Shown here: one piece after another, positions 9,503-19,400 of the stretch
Numbering within the stretch: the first letter of the stretch is position 1
Layout of the letters: each line of letters starts with the position of its first letter
From: a virus
Taxonomy: Duplodnaviria; Caudoviricetes
DNA: 61,188 nucleotides
Virus record (IMG/VR): IMGVR_UViG_3300021088_000012
Coordinates: 1 to 61,188 of that record
Reading direction: 5' to 3' (one strand)
The notes under the pieces: model-generated
Databases searched by the model: none
Told to the model about the DNA's origin: nothing
The model's input: the letters and a program-made list of their open reading frames with translations, nothing else
Translations under genes and position numbers: made by a program

Positions 9503-10224
9503 TGGCAATAGTTTATCAACATAGAACCGCTGATACAAACGAACTTTTCTATATAGGAATAGGAAAAAAGGAAGAACGAGCCCATTTTAATTCGCCTCGG
9601 TCCGAATTTTGGAAAAGGGTAGTGGGTAAACACGGTCGGATAGTTGAAATATTATTTAAAGACATTTCATGGGAAGAGGCTTGCCAAATTGAAACCTACC
9701 TGATCCGTTTTTACGGAAGAAGTGATCAGGGCGGAATTCTTATAAATAGGACCGATGGAGGTAATGGGGCAGTTGGATATGTGCCATCTGCCGAGGCCAG
9801 AGCTAAAATATCTAAAGCCAAAAAAGGAATTCCACGTTCTGCAGAAACAAGAGCAAAATTAGCTTTTGCGCAAACGGGCAAAAAACTTTCAGATGAGATA
9901 AAGGCTAAGATGAGTAAGTCCGGAAAAGGAAAAAAGGTGACTCCTGAAACTATAGCTAAACGAATTGCAAAGACTACCGGGAAAAAGAGATCTGAGGAAA
10001 TGAAAGAACGATGTAGACAACGTCGCCACACTGCCGAATCAAAGGAGAAAATGAGGCTTGCAAAAATTGGTAAAAAAACAGGTCCCTGTTCCGAAGAAAA
10101 AAAGAAAGCAATCAGTGCCGCACAAAAGGGAATTCCAAAGCCAAGTAGCAAAAATAGCAAAACATTATTTAAAAAGGGTCATTCAAAAAATGTACAACAT
10201 GCGAACGAAAAAAAACAAATATGA
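9502..10224 (+). CDS. GIY-YIG-like homing endonuclease with NUMOD3 repeats
   Basis: VYQH...FYIGIG...R, LINRTDGGNG, repeated SAEARAKIS/SAETRAKL. Confidence 0.88.
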   Translation: MAIVYQHRTADTNELFYIGIGKKEERAHFNSPRSEFWKRVVGKHGRIVEILFKDISWEEACQIETYLIRFYGRSDQGGILINRTDGGNGAVGYVPSAEARAKISKAKKGIPRSAETRAKLAFAQTGKKLSDEIKAKMSKSGKGKKVTPETIAKRIAKTTGKKRSEEMKERCRQRRHTAESKEKMRLAKIGKKTGPCSEEKKKAISAAQKGIPKPSSKNSKTLFKKGHSKNVQHANEKKQI

Positions 10225-11182
10225 TAGGCCAATTTTGCCTGTCAACTTCAAATCGCTGATTGATCAAAAGTATACCGTCACGGAAGGAAGTAGGACAGTA
10301 AGCGGATATCTTTCAATATTCAATGTTGTTGATAGTGATAGCGATATGATTATCAAAGGGGCGTTTGCAAAATCTATTACAGAACGTGGACCAGATAGCG
10401 ACACTCATAGAAAAATAGCATTCCTGTGGCAACATGATATGAAACAGCCTTTGGGTAAAATGACCGTTCTAAAGGAGGATAATATAGGATTGTATTTTGA
10501 AGCAAAATTGGATGATATTCCAGAAGCCGATAGAGCATTAACGCAATTACTTTCTGGTACGCTCGATAATTTTTCCATTGGTTTTCAATACGTATGGGAT
10601 AAGATGGAGTATGATGAAGAAATGGAAGCCTTTATTTGCAAGGAAATCAATTTATTCGAAGGAAGTGTCGTTACTCTCGGAGCGAATGAATATACATTTT
10701 TTGACGGTATGAAATCTTCAACCATGAAAGACGCAAAACAAAAATTACTCCGCGAGACGGAAGTTTTTATCAAATCGCTCCCTGCAGCCCAGCAATATGA
10801 ATGCCGACAGATAATTATGAAAAACGCGCAGATGGCATTAGCTAAGGCCGCAACCGTTCCCCAGGACCCAGAAGAAAACGAAGACGATACCCAGGAAGAC
10901 ACCGATCAGAACCTGGAATTTATTCACAAATGCCTGCCCGTCCATGCGAAGGGACTGGAAATGATCGACGCCTATCAGGGAGCGGTGGATAATGATGAAT
11001 TACAGGATTGTATGAAATCTATGCAGGATGTGCATACCGATTGTATGTCCAAAATGCTCGATATCAAAGCAGATATAAAAGGAACTGAAAAATCACTCCC
11101 GGAGCCGCGTCGGAAGCACTCTCAGGAGCCGGTGACAGAACTTAAAAAACTGCTGAATGAAACCAATTTTTTCACCAGTTAA
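10190..11182 (+). CDS. HK97-family prohead protease with C-terminal extension
   Basis: GYLSIFNVVDSDSDMIIKGAF, FLWQHD, FSIGF, LFEGSVVTLGANE; likely start ATG 10190 or 10199. Confidence 0.93.
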   Translation: MYNMRTKKNKYDRPILPVNFKSLIDQKYTVTEGSRTVSGYLSIFNVVDSDSDMIIKGAFAKSITERGPDSDTHRKIAFLWQHDMKQPLGKMTVLKEDNIGLYFEAKLDDIPEADRALTQLLSGTLDNFSIGFQYVWDKMEYDEEMEAFICKEINLFEGSVVTLGANEYTFFDGMKSSTMKDAKQKLLRETEVFIKSLPAAQQYECRQIIMKNAQMALAKAATVPQDPEENEDDTQEDTDQNLEFIHKCLPVHAKGLEMIDAYQGAVDNDELQDCMKSMQDVHTDCMSKMLDIKADIKGTEKSLPEPRRKHSQEPVTELKKLLNETNFFTS

Positions 11183-11191
11183 CCATTTTGT

Positions 11192-12511
11192 ATGTTAACA
11201 AAAGACGAATTAAAGGAGATCAAAGAAAAGGTCTCCTCCGACGCGGCCGGCATCTTCGAAAAACAAAATACGGAGTTGCAGGGCAAAGTCGAAGAAAAGG
11301 TAAATGCCGCCTTCGAGAAACTAGAAAAGGGCATGATCAAAAGGGATGAATTTCAAGGTTTGGTCGATGAGGCGTTAAAAGAATACGGCATCAAAGCGAC
11401 CAATCTGGAAACCGTTCTCCGGCAGCAGGGTGAAATCATCAACGGTCTTAAAGAAACCATTACGGTTCAAAAGGGCCAGACCAATCTGAAAGAAATCCTG
11501 GAACCGCATATGGGCAAGATCAAGCAGATGCAGAAGGACGGTCCCGGAGCTGGTTTTATCAGGATCGATTTCAAGGATATTGCCAATCTTAAGACGGTCA
11601 CTGGCATTGGAACGAGCGTTCAGCCGATGACCGCCCCTCCAACATCTCCCTATGCCCCTGGCATCAGCAATGAGGCATTGAGTATTTACGATATCATCCG
11701 GAACCCGCTCTTTGTGAGCAATTTTGTTGATACGGCAAGTACCGATCTCTCCCGGATGGCATGGATCAATGAAACCTCTCTGAATGGGTTACCGCAACTC
11801 GTTTTGGAAGGAGCCGCTAAACCTAGTTCTTACCGTACATTTCAGGTAGAATTCAGCCAGGCTAAAAAGATTGCCGATTACATTCAGATCACGGAAGAAT
11901 TCGACAAGGATCTGAATTATCTGGCGAACCTGGTCAAGAATCTGTTGCAGATGGACGTAGCCCGCGCTTACGATCTACAGATACAGGCGGACCTCATTGC
12001 AGCGGCGACGCAATTGAACTTCACGACTCCGCTGGGACCCAATGCATTGACGCTGGCTCCGATGAAGGGCTCTATCCTGGATGCGACCTATTGGGATGCT
12101 CTCTTTACAATGGGTATTGCGGTTCGGCTGGCCAACTTCGTGCCAAACGTGAGCCTGTTGAACCCGATCACCTTCGGTAAAATGGTGATGACCAAAGATC
12201 TGTACGGCCGCTATAATACGCCGCCGGAAGAAATGGTCGTACAGATCAATCCGAAGCAGGGTAACAACGTCTTTGCTGATTATGCACTGGTGGGTGATCT
12301 GAAACAGTTCAAGGTCTTCATTTACGAGGATTTCAGCCTGAAGATCGGCTGGATTAATGATGACCTGATCCGCAACCAGTTCACCATTGTCTCGGAGGTT
12401 CGTTTCCATGATTTTATCAGCAACGCGCGTAAAAATGCGATCATGTATGCCGATGCAAAATATATTGCTGAACAACTGAACACGAATAGTGCACCAATCA
12501 TTGGTAGCTAA
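11192..12511 (+). CDS. Major capsid protein (HK97 fold)
   Basis: Coiled-coil delta domain, VLEGAAKP, KKIADYIQITEE, NDDLIRNQFTIVSEVR. Confidence 0.92.
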   Translation: MLTKDELKEIKEKVSSDAAGIFEKQNTELQGKVEEKVNAAFEKLEKGMIKRDEFQGLVDEALKEYGIKATNLETVLRQQGEIINGLKETITVQKGQTNLKEILEPHMGKIKQMQKDGPGAGFIRIDFKDIANLKTVTGIGTSVQPMTAPPTSPYAPGISNEALSIYDIIRNPLFVSNFVDTASTDLSRMAWINETSLNGLPQLVLEGAAKPSSYRTFQVEFSQAKKIADYIQITEEFDKDLNYLANLVKNLLQMDVARAYDLQIQADLIAAATQLNFTTPLGPNALTLAPMKGSILDATYWDALFTMGIAVRLANFVPNVSLLNPITFGKMVMTKDLYGRYNTPPEEMVVQINPKQGNNVFADYALVGDLKQFKVFIYEDFSLKIGWINDDLIRNQFTIVSEVRFHDFISNARKNAIMYADAKYIAEQLNTNSAPIIGS

Positions 12512-12531
12512 TTAATTGCGTCAACAATTTT

Positions 12532-13452
12532 ATGAGCCTGATAGATTCATCATATTTCATTGGTCCGCTGACGATTTCACAGATCGGGCAGCCTGCGGTG
12601 GCGAACAATCTCAATTTGTTCATCAACCGGGCTGAACCACAGCTATTGGAAGCAGCCCTAGGATATGATCTTTGGCAGGATTTTATGACGGGTCTTTCTC
12701 AGTCGGTGATCGCTCCGCAATGGTTGGCTCTTCGGGATGGGGTGACGTTTAAATCCGTCAGCACATGGCCTGGATGGTATTGGGGTTTTACCTGGTTCAA
12801 CCGGTATTACTGGTTGAATTCGCAGCGTTCCATGCACTTCCCTGGATTCGCGTCCTCGCTGAATTTTACCGTTCAAACGGGACCGGTTCCGCAGGTAAAC
12901 CTGATCGCAGGGAATCCTTTAGGAACTCCTACGCCGAAATGGCCCAATCCAGTTCCATTGACGAACACATATACATATTCTGGATTAGCCAATGCGATTT
13001 ATACGATCAACCGCAGAGGATTCGGACCGTTGATCCTTGGAATAGACTATTCGCTCTCTAATAATAATCAGACTTTTACATTACTGAAACCTGGGGATGT
13101 CTTCGCTAATCAGGAGGTATTTATTATCAATTTTATCTCCGCCGTTCAATCCGGGGCCCCTTCGACCAGCTATGTAAGTCCGATTGCTGGATATGTCTAC
13201 TATCAATGGGTACGGGATCAGATCAGCATGAATACGGGGGCCGGAATCGTTCAACCCAATCCGGAGAATGCGGAGCGGGCGAATCCTTCCTGGCGCATGG
13301 TGGATGCCTGGACGCAAATGGCACTCGACATCTTCAAACTCTGGCAATATTTGGAAGCAACGTGGAATACAAATCCCGCGCTCTACCCGAGTTATGACAG
13401 GACGAAGATTGATTATGCCTTTTTCCAACCTATCAATCCTTTTAATATATGA
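12532..13452 (+). CDS. Head-tail adaptor with internal insertion
   Basis: MSLIDSSYFIG...LEAALGYDL...SPIAGYVYYQW...INPFNI, the usual post-capsid gene of Bacteroidetes siphoviruses. Confidence 0.72.
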   Translation: MSLIDSSYFIGPLTISQIGQPAVANNLNLFINRAEPQLLEAALGYDLWQDFMTGLSQSVIAPQWLALRDGVTFKSVSTWPGWYWGFTWFNRYYWLNSQRSMHFPGFASSLNFTVQTGPVPQVNLIAGNPLGTPTPKWPNPVPLTNTYTYSGLANAIYTINRRGFGPLILGIDYSLSNNNQTFTLLKPGDVFANQEVFIINFISAVQSGAPSTSYVSPIAGYVYYQWVRDQISMNTGAGIVQPNPENAERANPSWRMVDAWTQMALDIFKLWQYLEATWNTNPALYPSYDRTKIDYAFFQPINPFNI

Positions 13453-14054
13453 CAAAACAACCAATGACCACTCAACCTGTCTACATTGTCGATATTATAG
13501 GGGCCTGCGTTCAGGCGGTCACTGCGAAAGTGCTTTCTCAGATTCAGGCGGCAGAGACCGCGGCATTAGGTCAGACGGGTATCACGACGATCAATTACCA
13601 GTATGGTCACTTCCGGGAATTAATCGTCACCCTGGGCCAATGGGACACTGATCCTACCCTCCGAGTGCAGAAATATCCAATGATCTACCTCGTGCAGGAT
13701 TTCGTAGAACATCGCGGGAAAGGGGCCGGCGTTTATGCTGACTTAAATTTACAGGTAATTATCTGTCATCAGACGGCGGACGATTATAAGATCACTGATC
13801 GGTATGCAAATGTTTTTAAGCCTGTGCTTTACCCGATTTACCTGGAATTTATGAACCAGCTCGCTAAGAGTCCCATGACCTTCCCGGCTTCCGCTGATCT
13901 TATCCCGCATGACAAATGGGATCGTTCTTTCTGGGGAACCAGCAAGGTAGTGGGATCCGGTGGAACCGATCGCTCAGTGCTCAATGATTTTGTTGACGCA
14001 ATTGATATTCAGAACCTTCAGATAAAAATTGATTATCAACCCTGCTATCAATAG
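13449..14054 (+). CDS. Neck / tail-completion protein
   Basis: INYQYG, KYPMIYL, FKPVLYPIY, NDFVDAIDIQNL; position. Confidence 0.7.
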   Translation: MTKQPMTTQPVYIVDIIGACVQAVTAKVLSQIQAAETAALGQTGITTINYQYGHFRELIVTLGQWDTDPTLRVQKYPMIYLVQDFVEHRGKGAGVYADLNLQVIICHQTADDYKITDRYANVFKPVLYPIYLEFMNQLAKSPMTFPASADLIPHDKWDRSFWGTSKVVGSGGTDRSVLNDFVDAIDIQNLQIKIDYQPCYQ

Positions 14055-14072
14055 CAGACAAATTTTTTCACA

Positions 14073-15023
14073 ATGGCAATCATACACGAATTAAACTGTG
14101 CAACTACCCGTCGCAATGTTGGGTTTGGCGCGGGATGTCCGTTGGATTGGAAGCTCATGCAAGGCATGATATTATGGGATCAACCCATGATATTTGAGGC
14201 TGGCTGGCTGGCTAATCTTCAGACCTTTCTTCAGACGAACGCCTGGCAGGATAGCGCTGCCGGCCGTGGTTATCCGATCAGTAATTTTCTGAATCCGGAA
14301 GATGCTACGGAAAAACCAACCATTCAGACGTTTTCTGATGGTTCTAAGGCAAAGGTCCGGGATGGGACTTATGATTGGACCTTTCAATTCACCCAGGGCG
14401 GATTCCCGCTGCTGCAAGCCTTACAAACCCATGATGGGAATAGCACGGAGTACGCTATTTTTTATGATCGAAACAATAATGTGCTTGGTTACAACAACAA
14501 CGGAAAGTTTGCGGCTATTCCCCTGCAGATCTTCGATGCAGAGCCCTGGATGATGAATGATGGTTCAAAGACAGCTGCCTATAAAGTACATGCCGTCTTC
14601 GCAAAGAAATATGCGAATGATATCGCTGATTACTTTAATGCTGGATTTGATCTTTCGCAAATTGTCGGGCTGCAGGACATTCGGATAGTTGTCAACGGAT
14701 TCAACCCGGCCACAGGAATGGCAAACGTGACATTTATCACAGAGAATGGGGGATTGAATCTTTATAGCCTCTTTTCGGCTGATTTCAACAATACCACCGT
14801 GAAGGCATCTAACGCCGACAACGGGGCAGCGGTTGCAATCACGACCATTACGCCACTGGTGGCAAGCCAGACTTGGAATATTCAACTGAACCATTCCGAT
14901 CCGAATTATCCTTCGGATGGCAACCTGGCTATTACGCTGGCCGCTCCATCTGTGCTGACTGCAAATGGTATGGCAGGGTTCGCTGGCGAAGGCGCCGTAT
15001 TGCTGGAAGTTACAAGTTCCTAA
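14073..15023 (+). CDS. Major tail (tube) protein
   Basis: 316 aa, follows the neck genes, followed by a terminator. Confidence 0.72.
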   Translation: MAIIHELNCATTRRNVGFGAGCPLDWKLMQGMILWDQPMIFEAGWLANLQTFLQTNAWQDSAAGRGYPISNFLNPEDATEKPTIQTFSDGSKAKVRDGTYDWTFQFTQGGFPLLQALQTHDGNSTEYAIFYDRNNNVLGYNNNGKFAAIPLQIFDAEPWMMNDGSKTAAYKVHAVFAKKYANDIADYFNAGFDLSQIVGLQDIRIVVNGFNPATGMANVTFITENGGLNLYSLFSADFNNTTVKASNADNGAAVAITTITPLVASQTWNIQLNHSDPNYPSDGNLAITLAAPSVLTANGMAGFAGEGAVLLEVTSS

Positions 15024-15030
15024 AATAAGG

Positions 15031-15056
15031 GCCGGCCCCGTAAGACCGGCTTTTTT
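15031..15056 (+). terminator. Rho-independent terminator
   Basis: GCCGG...CCGGC hairpin plus T6. Confidence 0.75.
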
Positions 15057-15068
15057 AAACTTTTTCGC

Positions 15069-15479
15069 ATGCATTACGAAGGCGTGAGCTTTAATGAAGA
15101 TTGGATTAGATCCCAGACAGAGGAGGAATTTATCTCCAATCCGCTGAATGCTATTCATTGGACCCAACCTGGATTCACTGTTTCCGAAAAAGTCAGACAG
15201 GAACGTCTCCGGGAATTATACCGTCTTTTGGTTCCCAGGCAATCCCCGCATGATTGGTTATTCAAAAAAGATTCCAATGAGGACACTCAACAGCATGATT
15301 CAGGCGACCAACAGGCTAAACCTGGAGGATATTCTACTGAAATCGATGGAACAGAACACCGAGACATACCTGAGCCAGCAAAAGGAGCAGATGAGCTTCG
15401 CAGTGAACGCAAAGGGACAGACCATCGGAAAATATCGGAGCGCGTCCTACGCTCAGAAGAAAAACCAGATGAATCCTGA
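15069..15479 (+). CDS. Tail-region hypothetical protein (3' half overlaps the next gene)
   Basis: YEGVSFNEDWIR N-terminus; about 200-nt out-of-frame overlap with 15277-15714. Confidence 0.55.
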   Translation: MHYEGVSFNEDWIRSQTEEEFISNPLNAIHWTQPGFTVSEKVRQERLRELYRLLVPRQSPHDWLFKKDSNEDTQQHDSGDQQAKPGGYSTEIDGTEHRDIPEPAKGADELRSERKGTDHRKISERVLRSEEKPDES

Positions 15480-15714
15480 TGCCGGATTCGGGAATGTTGA
15501 TCTTCGGTTGACTGGATCATTTTACGCAGGCATGGAGGCCACGGCTGAGGCATCCGGGATGAACATTGATAGTACCGATCAGAAAAGCCAAATGCTTCAG
15601 CAAAAGTACGGGGCAAGTATTTTCGGCCTCTTCGGGGAATGGAAAGAACCTTTTTTACAGGATCTACAGATTAGCGGGATCGAAATATTAACCAGTGAAT
15701 TGAACGCAAAATGA
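15277..15714 (+). CDS. Neck / minor tail protein
   Basis: YRSASYAQKK, VDLRLTGSFY, QKYGASIFGL; start moved to ATG 15277. Confidence 0.7.
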   Translation: MRTLNSMIQATNRLNLEDILLKSMEQNTETYLSQQKEQMSFAVNAKGQTIGKYRSASYAQKKNQMNPDAGFGNVDLRLTGSFYAGMEATAEASGMNIDSTDQKSQMLQQKYGASIFGLFGEWKEPFLQDLQISGIEILTSELNAK

Positions 15715-15911
15715 GCTGCGAAGGATGCAATGATAAATTGATCCTAATGGATAGTAAAAAGGAAGCGGCTAAAAAAATAGCGAATGAAAAAAGGCAAGCG
15801 CAAGCCATCTGCAAAGAAGATTCGACCGGGGAAACCTTTATCACTTCCGCCGCTACGGCCTTCCAGCAGCGTTTCCATATCCTACAAATTGTATCGGGAT
15901 ATCAGGATTGA
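15711..15911 (+). CDS. Small CxxC protein (tail assembly region)
   Basis: MSCEGC start, ATGA coupled. Confidence 0.6.
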   Translation: MSCEGCNDKLILMDSKKEAAKKIANEKRQAQAICKEDSTGETFITSAATAFQQRFHILQIVSGYQD

Positions 15912-16473
15912 GCTTGACCGGTTTTTAGACGTGCTCATTGATAAGGATTACCGCAGGCTAATTATTGAGGGAGAGGCCCCTGAGAACATCCTGAAGGAGG
16001 CATGGGCGTCTATTTACCTGCAATATTGTGAGTTACAACAGGATGGAACCTATAATGAGCTTTTTGACAAGACGAAAAAGATTCAGGAGATGAATGGCCG
16101 GATTACCCTACTCGATGGGATTGTGCAGCATCTGCAATTATGTTTTGATCCACTTCTGGTGAAGATAGTGAATGAAATGGGGATTGGCCTGGAACTGCAA
16201 GCCGCCGAAGATCCGATGAAGAAATTAAAAATGGTTCAGGGCCGGATCAAGCGCATGATCATGGACATGCAGAATATGGAGCGGGACATCGAGGGCTTGC
16301 AGATGGAGAAAAAAGAAAGCAATGGAATTGAGTATTATGAAGATTGGTTGGGAGCCATGAGTCGGGCCTACGGATACGCTGTCCGAGCAAAAGATATCAG
16401 CGTTATGCAGTTCGTTCGGAATCAGAAAAAATTGAATGAACAAAGTTTAAAACAGCAAAAGGATGCCACTTGA
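15784..16473 (+). CDS. Pre-tape-measure protein (tail assembly chaperone-like); true start may be TTG 15889
   Basis: Helical protein immediately before the tape measure gene. Confidence 0.6.
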   Translation: MKKGKRKPSAKKIRPGKPLSLPPLRPSSSVSISYKLYRDIRIELDRFLDVLIDKDYRRLIIEGEAPENILKEAWASIYLQYCELQQDGTYNELFDKTKKIQEMNGRITLLDGIVQHLQLCFDPLLVKIVNEMGIGLELQAAEDPMKKLKMVQGRIKRMIMDMQNMERDIEGLQMEKKESNGIEYYEDWLGAMSRAYGYAVRAKDISVMQFVRNQKKLNEQSLKQQKDAT

Positions 16474-19400
16474 TAGAATTGATTCATATTTTGACGTTCC
16501 TGCTATTCAAGCCGAGTTTGCGGCTATAAAAGCTGGCCTGGCTGAATCGCAAACGAATCTGGTCGGGCTCTATTCAGTCATTAAATCCTTCAAGGATACT
16601 TCAATAAGCAGTCTGGCTCAGAATACCGATAATCTCAGTCAGGCCATTGTCGGGACCGTGCAGGCCACCACAAAGGCAAAGATTTCATACGATGAACTCA
16701 CCCAGCGGATCGCCGCCCAGGTGAAGACAGTGAACGAAAGTATTACCTCCGTTAATCAGAATACGGTTGCCTATGACAAACTCATTCAGCAGGCTGTCAG
16801 AAATAAAATAGCCAATGATGACCTGGCTGCCTCGGCTTCGGCTCTAAAAAAAAGTTATGATTCAGGACAAAGCACCTTGGAACAATATACGGCTTCACTG
16901 GCCGATATTAAGACTGCACAACAATCCTTAAAGGTTTCAAATCAGGATGTTACCAAGACATTAAATTCCCTTGAAAAGCAGGCGCAATCCTCTGCCGGTT
17001 CAACGGATCAACTCAGGGCCCGGTTGGCTGAACTTCAATCAGCCTATGACAAATTGAATGAAGTAGAACGAGCATCCGAGGGCGGACAAGGGCTATTAAA
17101 AACAATTCAGACTACTGATCAGGCTGTAAAGAGCCTGGAAGGAACAACTGGCCGCTTTAAAAGTAATGTGGGTAATTACTCAGAGGCTTTCGGAGAAGGA
17201 TTTGCAGTACTAAAAGAACAACTGGCAGGGGTAAATAAGCAATTGTCTGAGATAGAGACGCGCGGAAAAACTGCAGTTAACAATTTGGGGGGAGGAAATC
17301 CTATTGGCTTCGATAGCAGCAGACATAAAGGTCCAACAGATTCATTTGGAAGTACAGGATCCACTTCCAGCATATTGAATGAAGATAGCGTCGCCTATCA
17401 AAAACTAACGCTTGAACAAAAAATATTAGAAGGATCATTGAGTAGGCAGCAAATTGGCTTTAAAACATTCAACCAAGAGGCGCGAAATGTAAAACTGACA
17501 CTAGATGCATTGGCTCTGGCCGGCCTGCAAAATACGGAAGGATTTGAGAAATTGAATGCATCGTATACATCCGCAGAGCAAAAAGTCAAAGATTTGCATA
17601 AAGAGCAGGCTATATTAACTTCGGATGCGCCGGCCCTTACCGCTCTTACTGGAATCGCTCGTGGATTAGGCGGAGTTTATGCCTTTGGAGCTGGAGCAGC
17701 AGGAATTTTTGCAGACGGAAATGAGAAACTGGAAAAGGAACTTAATAAATTGGTTGCTATTATGACCTTTCTTCAGGGACTTGAAGAGGCGGTCACAGCA
17801 CTTAAAGATAGAAACGCAATAGCGACTGCATTGCAGACAGAAGGTACTAAGGCATTAAACGTGGTTAGAAAAATAGAGGCGGCAATTTTTGGGACTACAA
17901 CAATAACAACCGAAGAAAATACGGTAGCCAAGGAAGCAAACGCGGCCGCCTCTGTTTTAAATACGGAGGCCTTGGCTGAAAATGCGGCTGGAGCCGAGGT
18001 ACAGGCGGCAGCTGTTGAAGGCGTAACTATCGCTGAAGGGGCAGCCACGGTTGCGACTATCAGTTTTAGGACGGCACTGATATCAACCGGTATAGGAGCA
18101 ATCATTATCGGGCTAATATACGGAATAACAAAACTTGTGGGTGCGATAAGCGATTGGGTTGGTGAAGACGAACGTGCAGAAAAGGCGCAGGCTGCTTTGG
18201 CTGAATCCAATTCAAAACTGTTGGCTACATTCAAAGAACTTAAAGAAGTATATGAAATAGTCGGAAAAGAAAGAATTGAACAACTCATGCGGGAATCTCA
18301 ATTAACTAAGGATGCTGGCAAGAACCAATTTTTACAATTGGCTGATGAACAAAAAATTGCAGATAAGCGTGTTGAGAACGCAAAAAAGTTTGTCGAACAA
18401 TATAGTATTTCCGAAAAAACGGTTTCAGACCTGAATGAAAAAAGAAAGTTCGATCTCCAAACTTTGCAGGGGTTCCAAGAATCATTAAGTAATGCACAAC
18501 AAAAATTAAGAAAAGATAACAGCAGCGCCAATAAAAAAGAGGTGGAAAGTCTGGAAAAACTTACAGAACAATCGGAAAAGGATGCAAAAAACTCGACTAC
18601 TAAATATCAGATAGCAGCGGATGGTTATAAAGAAAGTCTTGAATCGCAGAATGATGCTGATGGGGTCAGGTTACGCACCGCTAAGGCGGCTGCCGATGAG
18701 TTGGCGAAGCTCACAACTGACGCTGCACAGCGTAGGTATGACACAGAAAAGAATGCCGCTGACCGAATTTTGAATTTGCCAACCAGCACCGAAAGCCAGA
18801 AGCTGGCAGCAATAAAGTCTGGCTATGAGGCTGAAGATATGTTGGCTCAATCTAGGATAAAAGATATCATAAAGCAAATTAAGGCCGAAACTATTACAAG
18901 GAAGGATGGAGAGGATCAAATTTCGAATATTAGTACAGCGCTCAGAATGAAACAAATAAAAGCGCAGGATGACGACATTGCGATCAAGAGAGAGTATTAC
19001 GAACGCGATCGTGATGCGGCTCTGGCTGCTTCCAAAGCAAAACTGGAAGATCAGATTAAACTCGCCCAGGATCTTCAGCAGGGTAAGAATCAGAATAATC
19101 CCAATTCTCTACAGCCGGCCGAACCCGTTGGATTGGATCAGCGTTTAAAAGGACTCTCCGATGAATACGCCGCCAGGAAGGAAATGCTCAATGAGGAATT
19201 AAAGGTAGAACTTGATAAAGAAGGACTCACCGCTGAAGAAAAAACTGCTATTTATACAAAATATACCAGCAACATCACCCAACTGAATCGGGATTTTCAA
19301 AAAACATACCTGGAATTAGAGGAGGAAGCCCGGCAGAAATCTCTACAGGATTGGAATAAATATTATACCCGACGAAAAGAGCAGATTACTGAGAATCAGA

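Noticed and set aside
15255-15280. A6G run (TCAAAAAAG) as the tail-chaperone -1 frameshift
   Set aside because: A -1 shift from the 15069 frame hits TGA within four codons, and the next gene is in the +1 frame with its own ATG at 15277.
15711-15911. Programmed frameshift joining 15711-15911 to 15784-16473
   Set aside because: It would need a +1/-2 shift, the A7 run is followed by TAG in the target frame, and independent starts exist (ATG 15784, TTG 15889).
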